Assembly: GCA_977017645.1 (NCBI GenBank) | Contig: OZ360223.1 | Location: 186,248,001 to 186,312,000, forward strand | DNA: 64,000 nt | From: Torpedo marmorata | Taxonomy: Eukaryota | Direction of reading: 5' to 3' | Shown here: positions 51,885-64,000 of the stretch, one piece after another | How positions within the stretch are numbered: the first letter of the stretch is position 1 | Layout: each line of letters starts with the position of its first letter | Translations under genes and position numbers: made by a program | Notes under the pieces: model-generated | What the model was told of the DNA's origin: nothing | Database searches by the model: none | What the model saw: only the letters and a program-made list of their open reading frames with translations

Positions 51885-52490
51885 CACAGGCTCAGGTTTT
51901 CCAAGGCAACGTCACTGAGTTATATAAAATGCTCAAGGAAGATCTTCAGCTCAGCTGAATTGTAGAGGAATGATTTCATCCACTTTAATTTTTATAAAGG
52001 GAAAGTAACATTACAGCCACAAGGATTTGCCAGTATTGCTGGCTTCCCACGAGTGCAGGCAACCATTGCCTGTGAACTCCTCAGTGTGCATCTTATTGTA
52101 GATCATGATTAGGATTTCCCCATGGTGAATGTCATGTTTCATCCTGAAGCAGTTTGTGCTGCTAGACATTTTCAGCAGCTGATACTATTGAGAGATGGTT
52201 CCTGAGGGGCAAGACACCCTCCACATTTAGGGCTGCTCACATTAATGCCACAGCAGCTGACTGCAAATATGTTGTACCAGAATAATAGTGGAAAAAGCCA
52301 TTGGACTGAATTATAGTGAGATACTGTTGCATAGACGGCAGGGTAGATCGAGTGGTTGCAGAGTCTTCATTAAGATGTTCAGCATGCTGCACCATCTAGC
52401 AAATCTAAGACGGTAGCCGGTGTAGGAGGAACAAGACTAAAACTTGAAGCCCAAGGGACAAGAGGCAGAGTCTGAAGAGCAGAAGGAAGA
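51885..52490 (+). mobile_element. PIF/Harbinger transposase fossil
   Basis: GFASIAGFPRVQATIAC (52023-52073; ~GFPxVQGAIDC), LSVHLIVDH (~SLNVQLVCDH), RWFLRGK (~GWLLGDK). Confidence 0.75.
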
Positions 52491-52497
52491 AGATAAT

Positions 52498-52960
52498 TAT
52501 AATGAGTTGATTGTCATACAACGTACATAAGCATCAACATTTTTACTTGCTGCAGCCGAACATATACTTTGTAAAAAAAACTGCAATAGTACACATAATT
52601 TAATTGAAATGAGCCAATAAATACAAAAGATAGATAGATAATAATGATTCAGTTATTCCAGTGCAAAAAAAAGTGACTTTGCAAAGGTGCAGACAGTCAA
52701 TTTGTGGTGTCAGAACAGATTTGTGTCACAAGGGGAGGTTCAAGAACCTCGTAGCTGTTGGAAAGAAACTGTTCCTGAACCTCGAGTTACTGGTCTTCAG
52801 GCTTCTGTATCTTCTGCATAAAAATAGCAGTGAGAAGAGGCTGTGACCAATGTGATGTGGGACCTTCAAGATGTTGGCTGCCTTCTTGAGGCAGCGCCTT
52901 ACACAGATATATTAAATGGATGGACGTTTAGAGCCTGTGATTGACCTGGCTATTACCTTC
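52498..52960 (-). mobile_element. Rex1/Babar 3' fragment
   Basis: Minus strand RRCLKKAANILK..H...KIQKPEDQ..RFRNSFFP; related to the 13283 copy. Confidence 0.85.
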
Positions 52961-53070
52961 TGGAGTATTTTACTTCTGGAGGAAGAAAACTGGCTGGCTC
53001 TTCTTACATTGGCCCTCATGGGTCTACTGCAACCGTTGCCTCCTCCCTTGTACTTCAACACAGATCTTGA

Positions 53071-53452
53071 ATCTTCGTTCGTGTATACCACTGGAAAAAA
53101 TTACTTATAATTTACGTAATAAATATCATTTCTTCTTGAAAATTTGGAGCCCATATATGAGAGCTGTGGGTTTAAGGATTTGAAGATCTCTGGATATCGG
53201 ATCTACTGGCACATTTGACCTCCATAATAGAATTAGTTTATAGATGGTATTCCCCTTATTCTATCTTTTTCTTTCTTTCTTTTTTCTAGTTTTACTTTTA
53301 TTTTAATTTTACTAGATTAGTGGGGATGGGGGGGTTGGGGAGGGGAGGGAGGGTGGGGGGGTGAAAATGTATCACATGTATTTTGATAATTTTATATTTT
53401 ATTTTATGTATTTTGTGATTTAAAAGTTTAAATAAAATAATAATTAAAAAAA
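53071..53452 (+). mobile_element. Short 5'-truncated L1
   Basis: LRSCIPLEKITYNLRNKYHFFLKIWSPYMRAVGLRI, G-rich UTR, AATAAA, polyA; TSD AACACAGATCTTGA at 53057-53070 and 53453-53466. Confidence 0.96.
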
Positions 53453-53689
53453 AACACAGATCTTGATCAAGATCTCTTTCTCCAAACTTTGGGTCTTACT
53501 CATTCTTCCTGCAGCCTCTGAGTCAGACAAAATTTGAGTTCCTACGGGGAAGTGTGCCTTTCAGGTCTAATGCTCCTCTGAGCTTAATTGAGCCGGGTCT
53601 CACTGGAAATCACGTAGAGCCTGCGTTAGTGCATATTTCTAGATATGAACTATCCAAATGCTGTATCTTCTGACCTTTAGGCTGATATC

Positions 53690-54150
53690 TCCATTTTGTG
53701 TATTCAGTTCTGGTCAGTGCCACTTCGGAATTATCTTATCAGAATGTCTTCAAGAAGATGTGGAAAAGGTTTACTGGAAATTGTCCAGGGATGGGGAAAT
53801 TTCAGTTACATGGATTGACTGGAGAATCAAAAGAGTGAATATTGTGAGATGGTTATTTAGGGTAAGTAGAAAGAAACTCTCCAGGTAAGGGCTCAAGAAC
53901 AAGAGGACATAAATCTAAAATTTGGAAAAAAATATACAGGATAATGTAAAGAAAATCTTTTAATGCAGCAAGTAAGTATAATCGGTCATGCAGTGCTTGA
54001 AAGAATAATAAATGCAGAGTCATTTGTGACTTTTAAAGGGGAATTGGATAAATATTGAAAGATGATAAATTTACACAGTTATGGGAACATTGTCGGATTG
54101 GGACTGGCTGCATTACTCTGGAAAGAGCTGACATAGGCTTGATGGGCGTT
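53690..54150 (+). mobile_element. Old CR1 3' fragment
   Basis: gtattcagttctggtc; agaacaagaggacataaatctaaaa (TRGHxLK); tttaaaggggaattggataaatattg. Confidence 0.7.
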
Positions 54151-57139
54151 GTTATAATGATTGAAAGTTTTAAGCAATGGAAAAGTTGCATTCAAGTACT
54201 CTGGACAAAGACAGATTATTGTGGTCGAACAAACTCATTGATTCAATTCCATAAGAATTGCACCGTAGATCGGTAGCCTTAATTATAAAAATAAAATTTG
54301 TTTATTTCCTTTGAATGGCATTGAAGCAAAATTGTACATCACTCTAAGGCTGTCTGTAAAAGTCTCCTAAAAATTGTGATTTTCAGTTTTTTCTGTTTCC
54401 CCATGCTGGATTAGTTACAGAGCCACATGTTTAATCTATGGCAGGTTCTTGCAACTACTGGCATTTATTCTATCAATTGCAATCTTGGCAACCAACTCTT
54501 GCAGGGACATGGGGAGTCGTTTGGACAGATGATTGAACAGGATGGCAGCAGAAAATAATGCAAAATCAGCTTCTTCTTATTTGCCTTGCTTCATTTTCCT
54601 TGTCAAGGCTCAGCAGCCAGCTATCATTGCCCCACTAACTGCAATTACATTCCTATGTGAAGATGAGGTCCGGCAAAGAATTCCATTTTATTACTTCTTG
54701 CTTTGCCTCCAAAACCCAGAATTTTCCTGAAGGAATCTAGTAGTTGTCCACTCAGTAATAGCATCTGAAGTCACAAATGAGCAAGGCCAGTAATGACCTC
54801 ACAAGTTCCTCAACCAGGGGATGAGTTGGAAAAGGGGTGGTGCCGATTAATAGTGCATTAAGATAGAACATCTGTAACTGTGGGCTTAGTGGAGAATATC
54901 AATAAACAGAGAGTCAGGGAAAGGAACCAGTATGTTTTGCAGCCTCACTACAATGAGATCCCACATGAGTTTTGCTATAAGTATGTAATTTGTTGTACTG
55001 CCCTGCCTTGGGACAATGGGTTATAGTTATAGTGTTGTCACAACAGCAGTAATGCTACCGTACCATGAAGAGGAGGATATAACCTTTGGAGAAAATGCAC
55101 CCTTTAATTTGTTCTGGTCTGATGCATATCTCAATAGAGTAGCCTAGGAATTGCAGAATGTCATTTAAGATATCCAAGCAGATGTCATTAGGGATAAAGC
55201 TCTGAGGATTGCAGTGTGATTGAATAAACCTTGCAAATAAATAACAATGTGGAGAATGCTAGATTTGAAAAGCGCAGTGGTCAATTAGTTACAGCCTGCA
55301 ATACTTGAGCTGCAGACTGCTTGTGTGTAGACAATAAGCTAAAGTAAAGCTGGCAATTTAGTGATATTTAATATCATATTCAGGTCACTGTTCAATCTAG
55401 AGGAGGTCTTGCTTAGAATTTGCCCCGTTGCTTCTCATAGCATCTTTAAAGCTGCCTATTTAAGGGAAATATTAGTATATTTAGAATTGAAAGTCAGTGG
55501 CTTCCCCAACCAGTGAGCTAATTTATGTGAGATACATTGCTATTTTTACTTGATCTAACATATAATTAGATTATGTATTCATCCCAACTTCTAAATCTGG
55601 GTGATACTCAGAAATATAAAAGGTTATAACACATGTACTGTATATTCCATTTGATGAAGATTATTTATCCACTATAAATGCATTATAGTGCATTTCTGTC
55701 TTCTCATGTTCTTCCATTTAAAGTACCTTGTTCCTTTTTACATGACATGATAGTTTCTACCTTGTCCACCTGTGGTGATCACATTCTTAGTGAAAAATCT
55801 TCAGTGTCTCCCTTCACCTTTCTCATGGTAATCCTGAGTCCATACTCCAAACTAACATCAGTCAGTTTGACTTGCAGTCTGATTTATTTTCTTTGTGCTC
55901 CCTAAGGAAAAAGTCTTGTCTCCAATTTGTACCTTTCCAGCAAGTCTGATATCTTATCCCTTTGTCACAGTTTGACTTTGGTTCCAGGCACCCAATAAAT
56001 GCAATTGTTTAAATTATATTTTCAAGTAATTATTTTATTGATCCTTACCTCATTAGTCTGGCATCAATGGTAGCAACTACAGACAAGTATAAGTGTACTG
56101 CATTGTAGTTGAGACACATTGAATTTTCCAGATAAGACAGGTGTTCTCAGTTGGGAATTATTTCCCGACAAACCTCGTAATACACTGAAGTATTTATGGC
56201 AGAGAAACACCAAAGATTGTGCCTATATGCTATACATTGCACAGACAGAATATTTATTATGACAAGAAAACATCTGGTTTGCATCAGATCTCAGCTGTGA
56301 GTAGTCTGTACAACATTTGGAACCAGGTTTGCCTCTTTCTCATAAAAATTAGAAAAATAAATTAACAAATATGATATTTTAGATGCTCAAATTCCCTTTG
56401 TAAATAGATCTGAATGATTCAGATTTGCCAATGTGCCAACTTGCATATTTGGCCATGAGTTCAAATCTGTTCAGAACAATGTTTGTTCATTGCTATTTTT
56501 TTTCTCTTCCTATTTTAAACTTCATGCATTCTCCTCATCTGTTATGAATTTAGATCTTTCGTGACTTCCACGACAACTTATTGTTTTTTTTGTGTCATTT
56601 TAATAATATTATGAAATGCAACTGACTCCAAGGAAACCATAATGCTGCATTTACCGTTTGTTTTCTTTGTGACTGATATGGCAGCTGTCTGGATTTTGCA
56701 CAAAAGTAAAAATTAAAGGAGCAATCAAGATATTTATGTTTCACTGTTCATTTATCATTGGACAATATATTCTGATGTCTCGTAAGAGTGTGCCCATAAT
56801 CAGTTAACGTGCAAATGCATGATAGAGAATTCTATTTTAATGAAATATTCTTAGGAATTTATTATTAAAATAGTTGGATTATTAAAATCAAATTTTGAAG
56901 GAGAAACTCCTCAATAAAACTCTGGGGCCAAAATGTGCCGTATGGATGATCACTTTTTTTTTTAATGAGAAAGCCACCTTCCTGTCCGAGTGACAGATTT
57001 GGGTGGTAGTAGAAGTATCAGGACTAGAATTTTGTGTTGATAATCAGGTCTAAGTGTGACCATTAATGGTCATCATACCTGGGACATTGGGCCGAGGACA
57101 GTCAATAAGAATGTTAAAGACTTCAGGGAATTTAATTCT

Positions 57140-57270
57140 TTTTTTAATTTAGAGATACAGCACGGTAACAGGCCCTTCTAGCTCCATGAAGCCATGCCGC
57201 CCAAATACACCAATTAACCCTACAAACCCCGTACATTTTTGGAGAGTGGGAGGAACCCGGAGGAACCTGA
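57140..57270 (-). mobile_element. HE1-type V-SINE, 5'-truncated
   Basis: CR1-type tail plus V-domain gtgggaggaacccggaggaacc. Confidence 0.82.
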
Positions 57271-57359
57271 ACGTCTTATGGTTAGTGTCTGCCTCCGAAG
57301 CGCAGGACGGTCATTAACTGAACTCAACATTTGAGTCTGCAGAAACTGGTTATTTCAAC

Positions 57360-57582
57360 TTCCCATCCTCCTTCCCATTCTTTCCATCCTCCTTCCCATT
57401 CTTCCCATCCTCCTTCCCATCCTCCTTCCCATTCTTCCCATCCTCCGTCCCATTCTTCCCATCCTCCTTCCCATCCTCCTTCCCATTCTTCCCATCCTCC
57501 TTTCCATCCTCCTTCCCATTCTTCCCATCCTCCTTCCCATCCTCCTTCCCATTCTTCCCATCCTCCTTCCCATCCTCCGTCC
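57360..57582 (+). repeat. Compound 12/9-bp repeat (TCCCATCCTCCT / TCCCATTCT)
   Basis: Seen directly; source of the WEGG, HPPS and MGRR pseudo-ORFs. Confidence 0.97.
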
Positions 57583-57799
57583 CACACTCAGTATATTCAT
57601 TTAAATAACTGAGGTGAAGGGGTCACTAATCATTGAAAACACACACCTTCAACAAAACAATTACAAGAAAGATTTGACCTGTTCATGAGTTATGACTCAT
57701 ATGCCTCTAGAACATTGAATGAAAAGCAATACAACCTTTCCTTGTTTCAATCAGAATATTTGCAGACTACAAAAACTAATCTAGACAATAGTATTTACC

Positions 57800-57935
57800 A
57801 TTGACAGACACATGATTAGACAGGGAATAGACAGATATGGACGATGTGCAGGCTGATGCAATGAGTTTAGTTGCATCATGGTTGGCGCAAGTATGTGGGC
57901 CAAAGGGCCTGTTCTTGTGCTGTACTGTTCAGTTT
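57800..57935 (+). mobile_element. CR1 3' tail
   Basis: gacagacacatga..gggccaaagggcctgttcttgtgctgtactgttc. Confidence 0.75.
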
Positions 57936-58173
57936 ATATTTGTTTCTTGTTAAATTATGTGTCAATCTAAGTAGCAGATGAGCAGGTTTCCCATCTAACA
58001 GAATTGTGTGTGCAGCTTTCAAAGGAATCATGGCTTTTTACTCTCAGTTGAATTGTGGTTGACATCTCAGAAGGCATCAACCTTGAATTCCACTCAGTGT
58101 AAGCCTTTATATTATGATGGATTCACAGCAAGAACTTATAAAGCATCTCTGCTATCCTGTCACACCTGCCAAT

Positions 58174-58405
58174 AAAGTGAAACACAAAAGTCTGCAGATG
58201 CTGTGATCGTAGTAAAAACACAGAAATGCTGGAGGAACTCAGTAGGTCTTGCAGCGTAAATAGGAGGTAAATATATAACTGACATTTCTGGCCTGAGTTC
58301 TTGTTCAGGTATGAAGAAGGGCTCAGGCCCAAACATTGGTTATATATTTTTACCTCCTATGACGCCTCGAGACCTGCTGAGATCCTCCAGCATTTTTGTG
58401 TTTTT
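58174..58405 (-). mobile_element. Penelope-like asymmetric hairpin element with hammerhead-like core
   Basis: 12-bp TSD ACACCTGCCAAT (58162-58173 and 58406-58417); inverted arms of ~95 bp; TGAAGA-A-GGGC TCAG GCCC-AAAC at ~58312-58334. Confidence 0.87.
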
Positions 58406-59627
58406 ACACCTGCCAATGATACAGGGTCAGCAATGACTGTTGATTTACCTTTATATTTGAAACCAAGACCTCTTACCAAACAGAATTATTTATTTTATAT
58501 GAGAGCAAAATTTAAGATAAGTATTTACTGAGGAAGTTCATGATCTGAGTCGTGAATATGTCCTGATCTTAGTCCTTAATAGGATAGGAACAGTGAAGAA
58601 AACTTAAAGCTGATGATTTTGGTGTCACATCCACTTTATCAGCCAGGGTGCTAAAGGTTTTGCTTCGTGCTTATTGCTGGGCAGATGCTTGCATTAACTT
58701 GCATTCTTTCTCCCAAGTGGTTTCCTCGATCTGCTCTTTGAAAGAAAATCCATATCTTCAAATTGAGCTTATGAATTCTCCACAAGTAACATAATTCAAA
58801 ACCTTTCCTATTTTGATCTAAGTGGCTTCAACAATGGGTTTCACCTAATATCTGTTGGACATCAGCTGGATTTTGCTGATCCAGACCACATTCCAGATCA
58901 GTGCTCATGGACCCTACATGCCAGACGTACTGAACCCAGATAATGCAACAGCATTCTCTACCTTGAAACAGAGCCCGCGGTGCTGCAGTGAAGAGCCCCT
59001 GCCCCATAACCATCCTGAAAGCTCCAAAGCCAACAAAACCCCGACCTCAGCTTCACCAGTTGCAAAGGCTGTGAATAATTTTTAGAGACATATAAAAACT
59101 GCTGCGGTTGAAATAAATAAATTTTGAAATTTAAAACTAAGATATCGAAAAAAAAACTTAAGATTCCTAAAAACAAATAAGTAATTAAAAACATTAACAG
59201 AAAGTAATTTTAAATAAAGAAACATAGCTTACTCTTTGCTTCCTAATCCAAGCTTTAGAATTTCCATTGATTTGTCTTGGATTCTGGTGGATCAGATGAG
59301 AGGTTATCCTGGGCAATATGCTGGAACATCAGTGACAATGATCCACTGCTGAACTCCATGTGGAGTCCACCCATGGATTCGTCCTTATGAATTTGTCAGC
59401 TTTTTGTGAGTTAAAAGGTTAAATGACCAGAGATCCAGAGCATGAACAGCAAATTCGTGGGGCAGATTGAAAAAGAACTTAAAAGAGGAATCCTAAGCTT
59501 TAAAAATTGAGTTCAGTGAAGACATGATAAACCTTTATAAAACACAGGTTGTGTCCTATTGTGGGTAACTAATTTGTGAAAGCTTAAGGGTGCAATAGGA
59601 AATTACTGGAATGATGCACTCATCTCT

Positions 59628-60950
59628 GAACATTAGAAATAGGTGCATAAGTTAGACTCTGGCCTGTTGAGCCTGCTCCACCATTCAGTAATATCATGGC
59701 TTATTTGGCCGTGGATTCAGCTCCACTTACCCATCTTTTTCCCATAACCCTTAATTCCCCTACTATGCAAACATTTATCTAACTGTGTCTTAAATATTTT
59801 TAATGAGGCAGCTTCCACTGCTTCCCTGGGCAGAGAATTCCACAGATTTATTACTTTCTGGGAAAAGCAGTTCTTCCCCATCCCCATCCTAAATCTGCTC
59901 TCCTGAATCTTGAGATGATGTTCCCTAGTTTTAATCTCACCTACCAGTGGAAACCACTTTCTTGCCTCCATCTTATTTATTCCTTTCATAATGTCATGCT
60001 TCTACAAGATCCTCTCTCATTCTTCTGAATTCCAGTGAGTTTAGTCCTAGGCAACTCAATCTCTCCTCATAGGCTAACTTCCTCATCTCCGGAATCAACC
60101 AAGTGAACCTCCTCTGCACTGCTTCCAATACACTTTTACTATGAAGCCTTCCTTTATTTCCTTAGTTATCCAACGTTGGCTGTTCTTGTCTTTAACTGGA
60201 ATATACTTTTAGTGAGCACTATGAAAAATCTCTGAAAACCTTCCTGTTCCTCAACTGTTCCACCATATAACCTGTGTTCTTAGTCTGCACAAGCCAACCC
60301 CTCCCTCATTCTGTTGTAATCTCTCTTATTTAAGCATAATACACTGGTTTTAGATTGTACTATTGCATGTTCCATTTGTGTGAGAAATTCAATCAAACTC
60401 TGATTACTCTTTCCGAGAGGATCCCTAACGGCAAGATCATTAATTTTACTTGTCTCATTAATGTGCTGCTCAAGAAAGCTATCACAATGCATTCTGTGAA
60501 TTCCTCCTCAAGACTGCATTGACCAACTTGATTTGCTCAATCTATGTGCAAGTTAATGTTCCCCATGACAACTGTCATTTCATTCTTACACGCATCAGAT
60601 ACTCCTTGGTTTATTACCTGTGTTACAATGTTATTATATTGTGACCTATAGAATATTCCCACCAGTGATTTGTTTCCCCTGACTATTCCTAATCTTTATC
60701 CAAATGGATTTAACATTCTGCTCCTCAGATTTTATATTGTCACTATTGCCCTGATCTCATCCTTAATTAAGAACACAACCCTACCTCCCTGACCTTCCTG
60801 CCTATCCTTCCGAATTAACTGATATCCTTGGATATTTAATTCCCAATCATCTCCACCCTGCAGCCACGTTTCTGCACAGGCTACTAAATCACACCCCTTT
60901 GTACTGATTTGTGCCACAAGGTCATTGACCTTGTTAACATGGATAGACAT
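59628..60950 (-). mobile_element. CR1 LINE: 3' end joined to the endonuclease region (large internal deletion)
   Basis: FSQKVINLWNSLPRE; DPLGKSNQSLIEF; DLVACAETWLQ..WELNIQGYQLIRKDR..GGRV. Confidence 0.92.
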
Positions 60951-60954
60951 GGAT

Positions 60955-62075
60955 CAATTATTCTCTTTGGAACAGTGGAGTTTGAGGGGGATTTTGATGA
61001 GGTATTTAAAATTAAGAAGACAAGTTAGGTGGGAGAAAGGTGAAGAATAGAATGAAGGTGATTGGCAAAAGAACCACAGTAACATGTGTAGTTAGAATCT
61101 GGAATGACCAGCCAAGGATGGACTGGAAGCAGATTGAAATGTGACATTCAAAGGAAAAGTAGTTAAGTTCTCGAACTCTTAAGCGCTCCTGCGGGGTCCA
61201 GCCGCCCAGTCGACTGCCGTCGGCTCCGCACGGGCTTTGAACAGCCCGTTGAGGGAGCCGACGGTGGTTTTATTTGAGATCCCGCGACCGCGGGGTCTGT
61301 GCCCAAGATTGCAGCACCTTTTAACCGGCAGCAGCCACGAGGGGCTGCAGACTCCGGGGAAGCGGAGGACTGGAGCAGGGCACCAGAGGACGGAAAGATC
61401 ACCCCCGTCTGAGAAGGAGAAGCGAAGGAGATGACCCACGGGACGGTGACCACGGCGGCGGACCAGTGAGGGGCTCTGAGGCTGAAGGACCAGTGCTGCT
61501 GGCGACTAGAGGCGAGGAACCCGCGGAGGCTGTGGGCTGCTGGAGACTGCTGTCGGGGGACTCACGCCGGGCTGCGGACTGCTGGAGGCTGGCTCCAACT
61601 GGCTGGAGGAGTAGCAGGTATCGGAACCGGGGTGCGAGAGTGTGCCGAGGGTGCCGAAGGGTTCCTGACCGTGTCGGAGGTTCGGATCTGGAGCTCGGGT
61701 TGCCGATGGTTTGGACTGGACTCTGTGTGGCTGCGGCGGCTACGGAAGCGCTGGAGGCGAATCTACGGACACTCGGTGACTCTGGGGGGATTCTCTTTTG
61801 CTTCTCTTTCTCTGACTGTAAGGAATGTGAGAGGCACTTAGGCAATTTCTGCCGGTGGCGAATCTGTCTGCCTTGTTGCAGGCAAAAAGAAATTTCATGG
61901 AATATGACACTGTTTTATTACTATGACAATAAATTGAATATTGAATCTTGAATGGAAAACCTGCAGGAATTACAAGGTTTTGGGAAAGGGTGGAGCAGTG
62001 GACCTCGCTGGAATACTCTCGCAAACAGCTGGATCACACTAATTGGGCCAAATAGCCTCCTTCTAAATTGTAACC
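60955..62075 (+). mobile_element. Old CR1 3' end split by the GC-rich element
   Basis: ttctctttggaacagtggagtttgaggggg (LFSLEQxxLRG) ... gggccaaatagcctccttct. Confidence 0.7.
61170..61953 (+). mobile_element. GC/CpG-rich non-autonomous retroelement with Rex1-type tail, copy 2
   Basis: Homologous to 24240-25114; ends ATGACAATAAATTGAATATTGAATCTTGAAT; many intact CpGs. Confidence 0.82.
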
Positions 62076-62179
62076 TTGCTATCAACCTGTGAACCACCTT
62101 CATTCTCATTCAAAATTATTGGCCTGCTTTTGCCTCCCTGCTCTACATTGAATAAGTTAATCAATACATTCCTTTTACA

Positions 62180-63170
62180 TGGAAACAGAAAATAAAAGCT
62201 GGTTTTGGAGGAGGGCCGAATATGCCATACAATGTGATCCTGGCTGATCAGAGAAGTTTAGTTCCAGCTTTCTCTGTGTATCCCTTGATCTGTCAAGATG
62301 TAAGACTATCTAATACCCTCTTGAATATATTTAATGATTTGGCTTCATGTGCTTTTTGTGGTAGAGAACTCCATAGGTTCACCATTCTCTGGAGAAGACA
62401 TTTCAAATCATCTCATTCTTAATTGGCTTACCTATTATCCTTTGATTATGACCCCTGATTCTTGACCTCCTTCACTTGTCCAATCCTGATTGAATTCCTC
62501 CCTCATTCTTTTTAACTCTGCTGAATACATCCAATATAATCAGTCCTTCTTTATAAATTAGTGCTGCCTTTCAAGAAATCAGTCTCGTAAACCATCACTA
62601 AACTCCCTCTCTAGCAGGAATATCCTTGCTCAGATAAAGATTTCAGACAATGCTCAAGGTGCCATCTCACCAACGCCCTGTTCAATTGCAGCAGGGCACC
62701 CCAGCTGTTATACTCAATTTGCCAGCTGTATCTACATGATTGCTTTCAGCAACTGATGCACAAAGATACTCTTTGTACATCCTTATTTCCCAATTATCAC
62801 CACTCATGCTTTCCTGTTTATGTCACCAAAGTGAATAACTGACCAGATCTGCCCACTTCCTCAACTTGTTCAAATCAACCTGGAGCTTCCCAGCATTCTC
62901 CTCAAGGTTCACCCTTCAAGCTTTGTCATCCACAAACTTGGAAATGTTACAGATAATTCCCTCATCTAATATGTATCATGTGAAACTGAGGTCCCAACAC
63001 TGGTATCCAACTAGTCATTGCCTGCCACTTGGAAAATGACCTGCTTCTTGCTAATATTTGTGTACTATTGGCTATTCCCTTCTCTATCCAAGCCAGTACT
63101 TTATTCTCCAATTCCATGTGTTGTAATTTTGCTCACGAATCTCTTGCGTGGATATCATCAAATGCTCAGT
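62180..63170 (-). mobile_element. Old CR1 fragment
   Basis: ggtagagaactccataggttcaccattctctgg (VNLWxSLP) and gtcatccacaaacttgg (KFxDD). Confidence 0.78.
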
Positions 63171-64000
63171 CAGTCTGAAATATCATGCAATATCTTTGCT
63201 GCCTCCAACAATGAAAGAATGCAAGTCAAGATTGGTGTTAAATTAATAAATTAAACAAACTCTTTAATTGATGGCACATTTATCAAAATAACTGAGTATT
63301 TTGAAAAGATTCTTTCTCCCTGCTTCCCTGGTCTTAATAGCAAGTTGTAACTCTGCACCATTCTCCATTGGTTTAGTAAAATGAGGAAAATAAGAGCTAT
63401 AGTATGTAAAATTATGTTTTATTTTAATTGTGTAGAGATCAGAGTAAAAAGCGTGGAGTTAAATCACATTTCTGCTTTTAATATTTCAACGTTGCAAGAG
63501 GTTTTTGACATCCAGATTTGCACACAAATGTTGCTTTAAGGTTTAGTTACAAACGTCAAGTGCAAATCGGTAGAGTCGGCTCTTTGAGCTTCTCAGAACC
63601 TTCTTTGCTCAATTTCCTGTGGGATTTGTTATCCTTCAAAAAAGAATATGAAATTCAATTAACAAAAGTATCAGTAACATCAGGAGATTTATTTGCGCAG
63701 GATAAATAAATCGACTACTATCATACCTGATTAGTTTTACATACAATTAAAATCATTTGTGTCATGGTATGCTGTTAGTTCAACTTTTGTTCCATCCTGA
63801 TTGTTATAACTACCCACCTTCTTTACTGATCCTTCTGCAGCTCCCTGAATTTCAATGGCTGCTGCAGGGAAAGCCTGAGAAACAGAGGGCATGATTCAAA
63901 AGGGCATGAAAACTTTGAGATTTTCCTCAATTGGCCACAGTTCTTTCTCATCTGATCTTTCCTAATTACACTACGGTGAAGTGAATGGTACGTAGGTTTG

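Noticed and set aside
57324-57612. WEGG, MGRR and HPPS repeat peptides
   Set aside because: 9/12-bp microsatellite read in several frames.
61170-61800. Host CpG-island promoter or GC-rich gene
   Set aside because: It interrupts a CR1, has a retroposon tail and has a paralogue at 24.2-25.1 kb; the ORFs are not conserved between copies.
41556-64000. Next NFIA exon (GHLGFQDSFVTSGVF...)
   Set aside because: Not found by eye; probably beyond the window.

Overview
Eukaryotic, repeat-rich, CpG-depleted DNA. The repeats (HER1-type CR1 LINEs, HE1-type V-SINEs, Rex1/Babar, Tx1/L1, RTE, Penelope-like termini, Harbinger and Tc1 fossils) point to a cartilaginous fish, probably a ray; this is inferred. 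The only host coding sequence I can support is a 63-nt phase-1/1 exon at 41493-41555 (+), DSGQSESPSQASEDIKDQPENG, which I recognise as the NFIA exon after the DNA-binding-domain exon. The window therefore most likely lies in NFIA introns 2 and 3. Most listed ORFs are TE fragments or satellite artefacts. Most interesting: (1) ~230-bp asymmetric hairpin insertions with exact 12-bp TSDs and hammerhead-ribozyme-like cores (Penelope-type); (2) a GC-rich non-coding retroelement family with a Rex1-type tail and no tRNA head (2 copies); (3) a 78-nt hairpin containing 35 nt identical to a nearby CR1; (4) a foldback Tc1; (5) ~5 kb of C-rich satellites on the sense strand; (6) young, TSD-flanked L1s with G4-like 3' UTRs; (7) candidate conserved enhancers and CTCF sites. 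Family names come from motif recognition, not database searches, and boundaries of old repeats are approximate.
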